Below the pieces are notes generated by a model. It was not told where the DNA came from. It ran no database searches and saw nothing but the letters and a program-made list of their open reading frames with translations. Shown here piece after piece: positions 8,229 to 17,938 of a stretch of 26,083 nt of DNA. Each line of letters opens with the position of its first letter. The stretch's first letter is position 1. The translations under genes were made by a program, and so were the position numbers. Source of the stretch: Candidatus Bathyarchaeota archaeon. GTDB taxonomy: Archaea; Thermoproteota; Bathyarchaeia; TCS64. The stretch covers positions 1-26,083 of the forward strand of contig JAUVYU010000001.1 in the NCBI GenBank assembly GCA_030602935.1, written 5' to 3'.

Positions 8229-8924
8229 TTATCTGCTTCTCATTTTAACGCGGAACTGTAGCAGCGTCCAGATCCAGTCGACGAACTCCCTCAGGTTCTT
8301 GGTCTGGATGTAGATCTCGCCGGGACCTCTGATGTTGGTGACGAAGCCCTCGCCGCTCAGGATGGTCTCCTTCCAGCCTCCGAACTTTCTCATCTCGTAG
8401 TCGCAGCTGTCAGAGAAGGCAACCAGGTGGAAGTTGTCCACTACCAGCTCCTCCCCGGGGCCCAGCTCGTGTCTGTCCAGCGCCCCGAAGGTGTTCAGGA
8501 AGAGGTCTCCGCTGCCATGGGTCCTTATCATGAAGAGGCCCTGGCCGAACAGGCCCTTGGTGAACCCCTCCCACTTGACGTCGAGATCTATGTCTTTGGT
8601 GTTGGCGAGGTAGGAGGACTTCTGGATGATGAAGCCCTTGCCCGGTTCCACCTTGAGTACCTGTATGTCGCCGACGGGAGCCGCTCCCAGCGCCAGCTGG
8701 CCCGGTCCCCCGGTTGCGACGAAGTCGTTCACGAAGAAGGACTGTCCTCCCAGGATGGCCAGCCCTATGGTGCCCAGGAGCCCTTTCTCCCGCATCCTCG
8801 TCTGGACATCGATGTTGGGAGTCATGTAGGTCATGGCCCCCGCCTCACCCACGATGCTCTCCCCCTCCTCCAGGTCGACGACGAGCATCGCGTAGGAGGG
8901 CTCGTACTTGATCTCGTATTTCAT
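8229..8924 (-). CDS. AIM24/TIGR00266 family protein
   Basis: MKYEIKYEPSYAML...EAGAMTYM...GGQSFF...GQGLF...GEELVVDNFHLVAF...SGEGFV...GPGEIYIQT. Confidence 0.9.
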   Translation of the reverse strand: MKYEIKYEPSYAMLVVDLEEGESIVGEAGAMTYMTPNIDVQTRMREKGLLGTIGLAILGGQSFFVNDFVATGGPGQLALGAAPVGDIQVLKVEPGKGFIIQKSSYLANTKDIDLDVKWEGFTKGLFGQGLFMIRTHGSGDLFLNTFGALDRHELGPGEELVVDNFHLVAFSDSCDYEMRKFGGWKETILSGEGFVTNIRGPGEIYIQTKNLREFVDWIWTLLQFRVKMRSR

Positions 8925-9122
8925 AGCATTCAAAAAGTAGGTTATACCCTTTTTTAAAGGTCTCGTAAAAGAAAGAGCAATTCTATGTGTGGCAAATTGA
9001 GCACTTTCACTATGGTCTCCACATGAAAAACCTTCGTTTTCTTTAAATTATGGATAAATGCTGGACCTTCAGATATCTTCTCGACTCACGCCATACAGGA
9101 TGTTAAACAGGTTGGCAAACCG

Positions 9123-9644
9123 ATGAAGCACAACGTTGATTTCAATATCGTCCTCCCCCTATTCTTAGGTCTCGTCTCCATACTACTCGTCTCAACCAAC
9201 GATATGTACCCACCCCCCCTGTCCACGACCCTTCTCAACGATTCCGAGGGGAGGCACGGAGATCTGTTGGTCTCGATGATCATCGAGAAGATAGACGGAA
9301 GACGGTTCCAGAATGGGTTCATTATAACACTCATCCTGAGGAATGAGGGCCCTGAAAGCTATTCATGTGATCTTTGGCAACCTGTTTTCGACGTCTACGT
9401 CTACGACGCCGACGGAAGCCTTGTCGCCGATTGGAGCAGCTGCTACGAGATGCTTGACCTGCCCATCCCGATCCACCTCAGAAGGGGGGAAGTGTTTACG
9501 GAGATTAAGAGCTGGTAGGCGAACGTGCCGGATCCACGAGATGGCACCGTCAAGCCCCTCCCTCCTGGACGCTATTACCTCAAGGGAGTCTGGCTGGGGA
9601 AGCCTCTCATCGAGACTGGGCTGATATCAGTCGACATAGTGTGA
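9123..9644 (+). pseudogene. Membrane-anchored BsuPI-like (Ig-like) protein interrupted by an in-frame TAG at 9516-9518
   Basis: N-terminal TM, then FDVYVYDADGSLVADWS...LRRGEVFTEIKSW*ANVPDPRDGTVKPLPPGRYYLKGVWLGKPLIETGLISVDIV; next stop TGA at 9642-9644. Confidence 0.7.
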
Positions 9645-9648
9645 GCTG

Positions 9649-10299
9649 TCAAGGAGCTCTGGCCTCGTTTACGATGGTGAAGAGCTCGTTGTACCTGGCC
9701 TTCGCCTGCCTGAGCTCCCTCTCCAGCCTCTTGAAGCCGGTCAGGACGCCAAGCCTGTACAGGAAGTCGCTGGGCTCCACGGGTTTAACGATGAACGCGT
9801 CAGCCCCGTGGTTGAGGGACTCCACCGCGTCCTCCAAGGTGGCGACCCCCGACATCATCAGGGTGCCCGTGACGGGGTCTTTCTCCTTCACCCTCCGCAG
9901 GAGCTCCGTGCCATCTATGTCCGGAAGCCGGATATCCATTATCACCGCGTCGAAGCTCCTCTTCTCCAGCTCCTCGAGCATATCCGAGCCGTTGAAGACG
10001 TTGACGACGTCGTAGCCGGCCTTCCTCATGATGGCCGAGAGGGTCCTGTTGAGGGGGACGTCGTCGTCGACGAAGAGAACCTTGAGTGCCGACTTCTTAT
10101 CCTGCTCCCCGAGCTCGGCGTTGCATCCGTTTGGGCAACGCCAGTAGTTCTTGGGCAGCCTCTTCCTCCCCTCGGTCTCCGGAGCCCATGTGTGATTGCA
10201 GTTCGTGCACTTCAGGGTGAAGCTGGCTTCGTCGACGAGGTCAACGTTTTTCAGTTCAAGGTTACGACGGACATGATAGGGAATTTTAGGATCAGACAT
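9649..10299 (-). CDS. Response regulator: N-terminal Zn-ribbon-like segment + receiver domain
   Basis: CTNC...CPNGC, then VLFVDDD, VIMDIRLPDIDG (phospho-Asp), MMSG and IVKPV. Confidence 0.88.
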   Translation of the reverse strand: MSDPKIPYHVRRNLELKNVDLVDEASFTLKCTNCNHTWAPETEGRKRLPKNYWRCPNGCNAELGEQDKKSALKVLFVDDDVPLNRTLSAIMRKAGYDVVNVFNGSDMLEELEKRSFDAVIMDIRLPDIDGTELLRRVKEKDPVTGTLMMSGVATLEDAVESLNHGADAFIVKPVEPSDFLYRLGVLTGFKRLERELRQAKARYNELFTIVNEARAP

Positions 10300-10452
10300 C
10301 GAGTCACCTTTTCCTACCCTTGTTCTCTCACCGGTTTATTTTAATGTTTTATGAATTGATGAATCCTTAGTTTGCGAGGAGTATATCATTAAAATCGCGT
10401 TGGATAGCATTGAATGTTGATAAACGGGATCTGATGAGAGGTCCCTGCGCAT

Positions 10453-10686
10453 CTATTTCTTCCTGATGAGTATCTTGATCTCGTCGTCCTCGACCTTCAG
10501 ATCGAGGACCTCATGACCCAACCTCTTGGCCAGCCTCTTCAGGTCCTCCTCGGCAGCTGGGTCGTCAGCCGTGACCTCAAGGGTCTGACCCGCATCAAGC
10601 TCGTCGAGGGCGAGCCTCGTCCTGAAGACGGGCTCCGGACAGTAGAGCCCTATGCAGTCTAACACCTTGTCTGGGTTCTCGGTCAT
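10453..10686 (-). CDS. tusA: TusA/SirA-family sulfur carrier
   Basis: LDCIGLYCPEPV (CPxP) ... LEVTADDPAAEEDL. Confidence 0.92.
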   Translation of the reverse strand: MTENPDKVLDCIGLYCPEPVFRTRLALDELDAGQTLEVTADDPAAEEDLKRLAKRLGHEVLDLKVEDDEIKILIRKK

Positions 10687-10743
10687 TACGTCTCACCACT
10701 CTCAATAGGACGGTAAAATTTAACCTATTTCAATCTTATAGGG

Positions 10744-11448
10744 TCAGTCCGTTGGCATCCTGGGCGGCTGAGTCATGGGGAGGATCTCCTCCTTGAGGTA
10801 ATTGAGGTACTGCCCCTGGTCGACGCTGTTGAAAAGCGTAACCGAGCCGTCCCTGACGAGGCCGACGGTGTGACCGTGCTTCTTGGACTTGGTGAGGATG
10901 TACCACGGGTCCCCCCGGGCCGAGTACTCGTTGAAGAGGCTCGTGCTCACGATGTCGGGGCCGTAGAGGCTGATCTTGTTCAGGTTGGGGATGTCCATGT
11001 TCTCGAAGAAGATAACCTTCGTGCTCTCCCGGTTGTTGAGGTGGAACGCCTTCATGGTCTCCGGCAGGATCCGGGCTTCGACTATCACCCCCATCTCACC
11101 GAAGGCGATCTCGCTAAGACGGTTCGCGACCCGGTTCGCTATGGCCTTCTTCTCGACGGCTGCCAGGTACATCCTCTCCTCGAACTCGGTGAAGGCGAAG
11201 AGGACCTCCTTGGTCGCCGGTGATGGTAGGACCTTCCCCCTGTGGTAGTTGTGCACGACATAATCGTAGGAGTAAAGGCCTGTGAGCATCCCCTCGTCGA
11301 TGGAGAGGTTGGCGATCTCGGTGACGAGCTCTAGCTCCATATCACCTTCCTGGTATGACTCCTCCTCCCTGAACCCTTCGAGCCCCACGGAGATGTCCGC
11401 GAGGGGCATATACTCCGTTGAGACGAAGACCTTTCCTGCTGTGGGCAT
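10744..11448 (-). CDS. Hypothetical soluble protein
   Basis: Long ORF with host-like codon usage and no motif I recognise. ATG 11448; alternative GTG 11457. Confidence 0.75.
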   Translation of the reverse strand: MPTAGKVFVSTEYMPLADISVGLEGFREEESYQEGDMELELVTEIANLSIDEGMLTGLYSYDYVVHNYHRGKVLPSPATKEVLFAFTEFEERMYLAAVEKKAIANRVANRLSEIAFGEMGVIVEARILPETMKAFHLNNRESTKVIFFENMDIPNLNKISLYGPDIVSTSLFNEYSARGDPWYILTKSKKHGHTVGLVRDGSVTLFNSVDQGQYLNYLKEEILPMTQPPRMPTD

Positions 11449-11560
11449 TGAACGCACCGTCCTATGGTTATCTGGGGTGATAATTTAAGGGTATGCAGAT
11501 CTAGACCGCTCGGTCAGCCTGAAGAATGAATAATTTTTACGTGGGGTAGTGATGGAAGTC

Positions 11561-12025
11561 TCAGCGTATGTAGAAATCAGCGCTCGCTTCCAGGGCTATC
11601 TCGTTCATCTCTGCGATGCACTTTATGCTCTCAAGCAGCTTCGGCTGCAGCCTTGCCACGTCGGTGAGGGAGAGGATTCCGACGAGTTTACTGTGCTCTT
11701 CGTTCCTGTCGACCACGGGCAGCTTCTTTATCTTCTCATGGAACATGATGTTCACAGCCTTCTCTAAGGGCATAGCCGGGCTCACGACGATGACGGGCTC
11801 GCTCATCACGTCCCTTACGCGTACGCTCTCGGGGTTTATCCCGCTGGTCACCACTCTCATGAGGATATCCCTCTCGGTAAGGATCCCGACCAGGTTCCCC
11901 TCGTGGAGGACCACAAGCCCGCTAACCCCGAACTTGGCCATCGATCTCGCAGCGTTCTTTATGGTCAGACTTGTCTCGACTGTAATTACGTCTCGGGACA
12001 TGATGTCCTCAACGCAAAGCTCCAT
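11561..12025 (-). CDS. Tandem CBS-domain protein
   Basis: VEDIMSRDV...LVGILTERD...VRDVMSEPV...KKLPVV...LVGILSLTD. Confidence 0.93.
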   Translation of the reverse strand: MELCVEDIMSRDVITVETSLTIKNAARSMAKFGVSGLVVLHEGNLVGILTERDILMRVVTSGINPESVRVRDVMSEPVIVVSPAMPLEKAVNIMFHEKIKKLPVVDRNEEHSKLVGILSLTDVARLQPKLLESIKCIAEMNEIALEASADFYIR

Positions 12026-12156
12026 CTGACTACCCGAAAGGTAGGTATCAGGTTTCTTTAAAGTGATTATGGAGTGAAAACACAGACGAGAACGTCCTGA
12101 AAACCCTTAATTTCAACGTATTTAGAAAAAGGGGGGTAAAAACTAGAGTAAATTGT

Positions 12157-13161
12157 TTAGCCGATGACCTCTCTGAATACCCTCAGGTGGTTTCCGCCCA
12201 GGAACTTCAATATATCCTCGTTAGAGTACTCCCGTTTGACGAGCTCCCTGGTTATGTTCGGCAGGTCTGAGACGTCGTTGATGCCCTCTGGAAGCCGTCC
12301 GACGCCGTCGAAGTCGGATCCCAGGCCCACGTAGTCGATGCCCGCAACCTCTACGATGCGGTCAATGTGGTCCACGAGGGTGGCCACCGAGGCGTTCTCC
12401 CTGTGGACGAAGCCTGCGCCGAAGTTGAGGCCCATGACGCCCTTGTGGTCCGCGATGGCGACGATCATGTCGTCCGTGAGGTTCCTCGCTACGTCTGCGA
12501 TCTCCCTGCAGTTGGAGTGGGATGCGATGAAGGGCCCCTTCTTGATGTCAGCTACGTCCCAGAAGTTGCTGTCAGTCAGGTGGGAGACGTCGAAGATCAT
12601 TCCCAGCCTGTCCATCTCCTCGAGGGCTTGGACCCCGAGCTCAGGCAGCTTGCTCTCCGACCTCCTGGCGTTGAGGCCGTCAGCGAAGGGCGTCCTGAAG
12701 TTCCACGCGAAGCTCAGCATCCTCACCCCGAGCCTGTAGACAACCCTCAGGAGCCCTATATCACCCATGAGGGGCTCTGCGCCCTCGATGGAGAGGAGCC
12801 CCGTGGTCTTCCCGGCCTTCTTGGCCGCGACGATCTCGTCAGCGGAGGTGACAGCGACGATGCCGTCGTTCGCCTCAATGCCTTCGTAGAAGATATCTGT
12901 CATCTGGAGGGCCTTCAGCGTCGCATCGGGGACGATGGGCTTATTGCCCGTGTATATGGCGAACGTCTGGCAGGTCACGCCACCATCGATCATACGCGGC
13001 AGATCGATGTGGCCGTGCTCTGAACGTTCTCCGAGGGACCTCTTGGGCCTCCTCCGCTGGGGTAGGTAGGCCATGAGGGTGTCGCAGTGGGTGTCTATCA
13101 CTATGGCCTCATTGTGGAGTCGCTGTGCTCTCTCCTCCTGGGCCTTGGTCAATTCAATCAT
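12157..13161 (-). CDS. M19 membrane-dipeptidase family protein
   Basis: IDTHCD, LSIEG, FAWN, DVSH, IASHSN, GLGSDFDG, KFLGGN. Confidence 0.93.
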   Translation of the reverse strand: MIELTKAQEERAQRLHNEAIVIDTHCDTLMAYLPQRRRPKRSLGERSEHGHIDLPRMIDGGVTCQTFAIYTGNKPIVPDATLKALQMTDIFYEGIEANDGIVAVTSADEIVAAKKAGKTTGLLSIEGAEPLMGDIGLLRVVYRLGVRMLSFAWNFRTPFADGLNARRSESKLPELGVQALEEMDRLGMIFDVSHLTDSNFWDVADIKKGPFIASHSNCREIADVARNLTDDMIVAIADHKGVMGLNFGAGFVHRENASVATLVDHIDRIVEVAGIDYVGLGSDFDGVGRLPEGINDVSDLPNITRELVKREYSNEDILKFLGGNHLRVFREVIG

Positions 13162-13236
13162 AACTTATTCCTCACATCTCAGTGCTCATTGTTCTCAAAA
13201 GACTTACCATGTCGAGCCAGGCGTCAAGCGCATTGC

Positions 13237-13704
13237 TCAATGAGCCTCTGCGATGTCCACAAGGCGATACTCCACGAGCCTCTCAAGTTCCCTGGGATCG
13301 ATCTCCAGGCCGTACAAATGATGGCCTGAGCCAAAGTTGATCCTATCCTTAGCCAGGACACGGCGGTCGACGAGTAGTGGAGCCCTCAGCAGGATAGGGC
13401 AGACCGCTCCTGGCTCGACGCCTGTGGTCGCCTTTATCTCCTCGAACGTGGCGATCCTGACGCTCACACCGATGACGCCCCTGACCTTCGCGAAGTCGAT
13501 CCTGTGGCTCCCCAGCAGGAGCGCGGCGTGCATCTCTCCGTCGGAGCCCTTCAGGAGGATCGTCTTGCATATCTCATCAACGGCTATCTCCGATGTCGAG
13601 TACCTCACCACGTCCTCGACGGAGATCGCCCTCTGACTGAGCTCGATGAGCCTGAAGTCAACATCCTTCTTCCGGAGTGCCCTCGCAGAGTCCAGCTCTT
13701 GCAT
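13237..13704 (-). CDS. YbaK/EbsC aminoacyl-tRNA editing domain protein
   Basis: ICKTILLKG, TGVEPGAVCP, INFGSG. Confidence 0.88.
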   Translation of the reverse strand: MQELDSARALRKKDVDFRLIELSQRAISVEDVVRYSTSEIAVDEICKTILLKGSDGEMHAALLLGSHRIDFAKVRGVIGVSVRIATFEEIKATTGVEPGAVCPILLRAPLLVDRRVLAKDRINFGSGHHLYGLEIDPRELERLVEYRLVDIAEAH

Positions 13705-13803
13705 ACTCTACACGTGGAGGGATTCCGCATAAAATACTGCATGGTCATAAGAGCCGCAATGCTTTCCTGCGTCTGAAAATTGAGGTGATTATGGAGTTCT
13801 AGG

Positions 13804-13950
13804 CTACGTGTATATTGGCGGGTCGACCGCTGAGTGGACCAATTTAACCAGGGTCGTTATGTCGTAGACGGGCAGCCCCGTTGCCTCCTGGATAGCGCGC
13901 GAGTAGGGTTGCACGACCGTGCACTCGAGGACCAGCGCCCCGACGTCCAG
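13804..13950 (-). pseudogene. C-terminal fragment of an Asp/Glu-racemase-family gene
   Basis: Not in the ORF track. LDVGALVLECTVVQPYSRAIQEATGLPVYDITTLVKLVHSAVDPPIYT* (48 aa, no start codon). Confidence 0.75.
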
Positions 13951-14180
13951 CCTCTCAGCGTCTCGATCAGGTTCGGGTCGAAGCTCTCCACCTCGGGGAG
14001 GTATTTCCGGGTGTTCATGAGAACCTCCTCTTTGCTGGTCTTATGAAATGTTTTCACTCGGCCCATGAGGGCGTCAATTGACTTGATGATGTTCTCCTTG
14101 GCGGCCTCCCCGTACTGCCTTCCAATCTCGAAGTCGGTGCCGCTGCATTCGATGACCTTGAGCCTCTTTTTCTGCTTCAA
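13950..14180 (-). pseudogene. N-terminal fragment of a C45-family (isopenicillin-N acyltransferase-like) Ntn-hydrolase
   Basis: LKVIECSGTDFEIGRQYGE...FDPNLIETLRG. Similarity ends at ~13950, before any catalytic Cys. Start uncertain (TTG 14180 or ATG 14216). Confidence 0.7.
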
Positions 14181-14497
14181 GTATTTCTCCGTAGTTAAAG
14201 TAAACATTAACTTCATAACATTATCTAGCCGCTACAGCAGAACGGACAACGCCTTCTCCTATCTAGGGTAGCTGGTTATCTATCTTCTATGCATTGCCCG
14301 CGCAACTACGGTGAGGCTTAAAATTGAGACCTAAGGGAATAATGTGTGTTTATTGAGACCGATGAACATTAAGATAGCGCGGTCACCCACAAAAACATCG
14401 ACAAGGTTTAAATTTTATGCAATATGATGTGATTGATAATTGAGGCATCTCATGATATGGCTTGTCATAATCAAAGGGAGTCCCAATTTAAGAATGG

Positions 14498-14505
14498 TTT
14501 AAATT
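14498..14505 (+). promoter_or_regulatory. TATA box of the SMC-like operon
   Basis: TTTAAATT 25 nt upstream of ATG 14531. Confidence 0.55.
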
Positions 14506-14530
14506 AGAGAACAGAGTCCGAGGAAGCCTG

Positions 14531-16591
14531 ATGCTGATCCGAGAAGTCATACTTGAGAACTTCATGTCCTACGAGTACGCTCGCGTCCCCCTGAAGGAGG
14601 GCGTCAACGTGGTCATAGGGCCCAACGGATCAGGCAAGTCCAGCTTCCTCGTGGGCATCTGCGTCGCCCTCGGGGACACCTACACCGAGCGGTCGAAGAA
14701 GCTCAGCGACCTCATTCGGTGGGGGCAGGACCGCGCGAGGGTAACATTACTCTTGGATAACTCGGTCAGGGAGAATGGTCGGAGATCCATCCCTCGCTTC
14801 GACAGCGACTTCATCAGCCTCTCGCGGACCCTGAGGCGGGACGGCAAGTACGGGTTCGAGATCAACCAGAGGAGCGCCCAGAAGTACGAGGTCATGGATA
14901 TCCTCAGGGACCTGGGCTTCGACCCCAATAACATGCTCATCATCATGCATCAGAACATGCCTTCAAAGTTCGCTGCCCTCAGCCCCCAGGAGAAGCTGGT
15001 CAACCTGGAGGAGTCGGTGGGCTTCGAGACCTACAGGAGGGACATCCTCGAGGCGAAGAACAAGCTGAGCAGCATCCTCAGCGAGCAGGAGAGCCTCAAC
15101 GACCTCCTGGCTAGGGCTCAGGAGACCCTGGGCTACTGGCGGGAGCAGAACGACCGCCTCCAAGAGAAGAGGCAGCACCGGACGCGGTCCCTGTTCCTCC
15201 AACGGGAGATGGCTTGGAGCAGGGTAGCCGACCTGGAGAACAGCCTCAGCAGGCTCGAACAGGAGCTGAACAAGGCGGACTCCGACCTCAAAGAGGCCGA
15301 GGCCGAGATGGAGCAGCGCAGCCAGCAGGTCATCGACACCCAGGCCTTGCTGAGGAAGAATCGGGATAACTCTGTCCTCCTCGTCGAGAAACGGGTTGAG
15401 CTTGAGAGGACTGTGGGCATCTGCGAATATACCATCGGCAACTCGAAAGACAGGTTGACTCAGCTCGACAGTATGACCTCGACGTTCCAAGAGTCGAAGA
15501 GGCGCTTCGAGATCAGCGCCGAGGCCCTCAAGGAGCGGCTCAAGGACGGGCCAACCACCCTGGACGCTTACTTTAACCTTGTGAACGAGTTCGAGGAGAC
15601 CCAGACAGAGGCCTACGACTCCTGGCAGGGCGACCTCTCGAAGCAGCGCTCCGGGATAGAGACCTCCGTCGACTCCCTGAGCAAGAAGCTGAGCGAGGCG
15701 GACGCGGGCTTGAAGGATGTAATGGAGGAGATCGCGTTAACCAACGCCCGCATCGACGAGGCCAACGACAGGTACATCGACGGGCGCATCAGCATGGCCC
15801 TCCTCACGGATCGCAGGGGACGGCTCAAGAGTAGGATAGACGAGCTCAAGGCGGATATCGACAGGCTGAGGCGGGACCTCAACGACGCCGAGGCGGAGGC
15901 CCTGATCAAGGGTTCAAGGGTTGAGACGGGTCGCTCGTCGGATGACATCTTGGGGGAGATAAGGAAGGTCAGCGGGATACTATTGGGGTTGGCGAACGTC
16001 TCGGAGGACGCCGAGGCGATGTTCGAGTCATACTCCCAGACCTTCAAGGATCTCCAGGAGAAGGTTGAGCAGGTCAAGGAGAACCGTCGCAAGGTCATGG
16101 GCGAGATAGACGAGAGGACGAGGATGTGGGCCGAGGTGATGCGGGACCTCCTGGAGGAGGTGAACAGCCGCTACCAGAGCCTTCTCTTCATGCTCCAGGC
16201 CACCGGCGAGGTGAGGCTCATCAACACCCACGACATCGAGGCCGCCGGCGTCGAGATCTGGGTCGGCTTCAAGGGCGCTGAGCCGAGCAGGCTCGACCCC
16301 TACACCCACAGCGGCGGGGAGCGGAGCACGTCGGTGATGGCGTTCCTCCTCTCGCTGCAGCAGAACGTCCTCTCCCCCTTCAGGGCGGTGGACGAGTTCG
16401 ACCTCCACATGGACCCGAGGAACAAGGAGATCGTCTCAGAGTTCATTGTCAAGACCCTCGAAGACTCCAAAGGCCAGTACATGGCCATCACCCCAAGCCA
16501 GATCACCTTCAGGGGGCAGGACGTCCACGTCATCATGGTCCACAAGACCGAGGGAGTCTCCACGATCCGGATGGTAGAGGACATTGAGTGA
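14531..16591 (+). CDS. SMC-superfamily ATPase, short and Smc5/6-like
   Basis: Walker [10 protein letters not shown]-loop IIMHQN, long coiled coils, [15 protein letters not shown] neck-like motif, HSGGERS signature, [13 protein letters not shown] Walker B/D-loop, QYMAITP. Confidence 0.92.
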   Translation: MLIREVILENFMSYEYARVPLKEGVNVVIGPNGSGKSSFLVGICVALGDTYTERSKKLSDLIRWGQDRARVTLLLDNSVRENGRRSIPRFDSDFISLSRTLRRDGKYGFEINQRSAQKYEVMDILRDLGFDPNNMLIIMHQNMPSKFAALSPQEKLVNLEESVGFETYRRDILEAKNKLSSILSEQESLNDLLARAQETLGYWREQNDRLQEKRQHRTRSLFLQREMAWSRVADLENSLSRLEQELNKADSDLKEAEAEMEQRSQQVIDTQALLRKNRDNSVLLVEKRVELERTVGICEYTIGNSKDRLTQLDSMTSTFQESKRRFEISAEALKERLKDGPTTLDAYFNLVNEFEETQTEAYDSWQGDLSKQRSGIETSVDSLSKKLSEADAGLKDVMEEIALTNARIDEANDRYIDGRISMALLTDRRGRLKSRIDELKADIDRLRRDLNDAEAEALIKGSRVETGRSSDDILGEIRKVSGILLGLANVSEDAEAMFESYSQTFKDLQEKVEQVKENRRKVMGEIDERTRMWAEVMRDLLEEVNSRYQSLLFMLQATGEVRLINTHDIEAAGVEIWVGFKGAEPSRLDPYTHSGGERSTSVMAFLLSLQQNVLSPFRAVDEFDLHMDPRNKEIVSEFIVKTLEDSKGQYMAITPSQITFRGQDVHVIMVHKTEGVSTIRMVEDIE

Positions 16592-17375
16592 CAGGGAGGG
16601 CAGGGCCCAGCTGGAGGGCGTGATAGCCATCTGTCGCTCCGTCTCCGAAGGAGCCCTCGACCCCTTCGCGGTGGACGTAGACTATGTCCTCTCCGTGATA
16701 AGGAGGCACTATCCCCAGGTGGCGTCCCTGGAGGAGTTCTGCCTCGACGCGTCAGCTATCAAGGAGCTGTCCAACGTGCTGGAGAAGCAGAACGATTGGA
16801 TCCAGCACCAGTCGACGACGCTCTACAAGGACCCCTTCATGCTCCAGCAGCAGCTCATGATGATGGACGTCAGCGCTGTCGCTGAGGCCTTCCTCAAGTC
16901 CTGGCACCCCGTCGTCGAGCTCGAGCAGATCTCAGTTAAAACACTTGGCGGAGCCCTCGGGTACTGGAGCGACCTCCTACCCATGGAGGAGAGGTGGGCG
17001 GAGGACCAAGTCAGCCCCGTCGACGCAGGCTCCGCAACGTGGCTGGAGGCCCAGGAGCTTGGGCTGATACCCCTGGAGGGCTTCTCGGAGACCATGGCAT
17101 CCTACTGGGCGGAGATGAAGGAAGTCTCAGAGGGGCAGGGGCGCATCCCCTACTGGGAATGGATCGGCAGGGAGACCTACCGGGAGACCCTGGTGAGGGC
17201 TTACATCACGTGCTACCTGGTGGGCTACGGATACGCCATCGTGGAGATGGACAGGTTCAGCGACAACGTCTACCTCACGCCCCTAGAGGAGCAGTCGGGC
17301 GCCGAGACGAACAAGATGATATCGTTGCCCGTAATGGTAGACTACGAGGAGTGGAGAAGATGGCGAGAAGGGTAA
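16584..17375 (+). CDS. Kleisin-like (ScpA-like) protein
   Basis: N-terminal [12 protein letters not shown] resembles the ScpA IDPWxIDI motif. C-terminal [30 protein letters not shown] resembles the kleisin winged helix. TTG start overlaps the SMC stop. Confidence 0.7.
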   Translation: MSDREGRAQLEGVIAICRSVSEGALDPFAVDVDYVLSVIRRHYPQVASLEEFCLDASAIKELSNVLEKQNDWIQHQSTTLYKDPFMLQQQLMMMDVSAVAEAFLKSWHPVVELEQISVKTLGGALGYWSDLLPMEERWAEDQVSPVDAGSATWLEAQELGLIPLEGFSETMASYWAEMKEVSEGQGRIPYWEWIGRETYRETLVRAYITCYLVGYGYAIVEMDRFSDNVYLTPLEEQSGAETNKMISLPVMVDYEEWRRWREG

Positions 17376-17938
17376 GACGCTCAGATACAAGATACTCCAG
17401 GAAGGTCAAGGACGCAGTCCACCTCCTGTTCTTCAAGCACCACAGGCTCCCCGGCGTAAGGGGCTGGGAGCTACGGCAGGAGCTGGGAGCCGAGTGGCTC
17501 GACGTCATCGACGTCCTCGACAAGCAACTTAAACTCCTCGACCTCAAGGTCACGCGCGCCCTAGACGACCCCGACATCATCGAGCCCACGAGGGCTCAAC
17601 TAGCGGACGCCAGGTTCTACATCACCATGAGGGGCTCCGTCGACCAGAAGACCGCCAAGACGATAGGCTGGAGGATAGACGACATCGCCGGGCTGGCCGT
17701 GACAATCGCGTTCCTCATCTCAAGGCAGGGGAAGACCCCCCGCGTCGACGTCGAGAAGGCTCTCGCCGAGAAGCTTCCAGGCTGGCGGACGAAGATGAAC
17801 GTCGACAGGTACATAGCGGAGGGCTACCTCGGCGAGGACGAGAGCGGCAACCTCTACATCGACTGGAGGAGCAGGGCGGAGGTTGACCAGAAGCAGCTCG
17901 TGGACCTCGTCCTGGCCTTCGGACGCAAGCCCGCTTAG
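17360..17938 (+). CDS. KITE-like (ScpB/Nse1/Nse3-MAGE-like) tandem winged-helix protein
   Basis: True start ATG 17360 overlaps the upstream stop. [16 protein letters not shown] helix and GYL...[12 protein letters not shown] wing resemble the second WH of KITE proteins. Confidence 0.68.
   Translation: MARRVRRSDTRYSRKVKDAVHLLFFKHHRLPGVRGWELRQELGAEWLDVIDVLDKQLKLLDLKVTRALDDPDIIEPTRAQLADARFYITMRGSVDQKTAKTIGWRIDDIAGLAVTIAFLISRQGKTPRVDVEKALAEKLPGWRTKMNVDRYIAEGYLGEDESGNLYIDWRSRAEVDQKQLVDLVLAFGRKPA

Noticed and set aside
9516-9518. Genome-wide amber recoding
   Set aside because: TAG acts as a normal stop in several genes in this window, and no pyl genes are visible.
14323-14360. ATTGAGACC twice in the AT-rich intergenic region, resembling CRISPR repeat ends
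   Set aside because: Only 9 nt long, 29 nt apart, two copies, no spacer-sized period and no cas genes.
14217-14530. AT-rich 300-nt gap as a replication origin
   Set aside because: No ORB-like repeats and no cdc6/orc1 gene; divergent promoters explain it.
16994-17359. 5' part of the 314-aa ORF
   Set aside because: It overlaps the kleisin-like gene in another frame and is G/P/R-rich noise; the real start is ATG 17360.
14531-17938. Calling the tricistron Wadjet (jetABC), Rad50 or canonical smc-scpAB
   Set aside because: No JetD, no Mre11 or zinc hook, no hinge, and the ATPase is much shorter; left as an Smc5/6-like complex.
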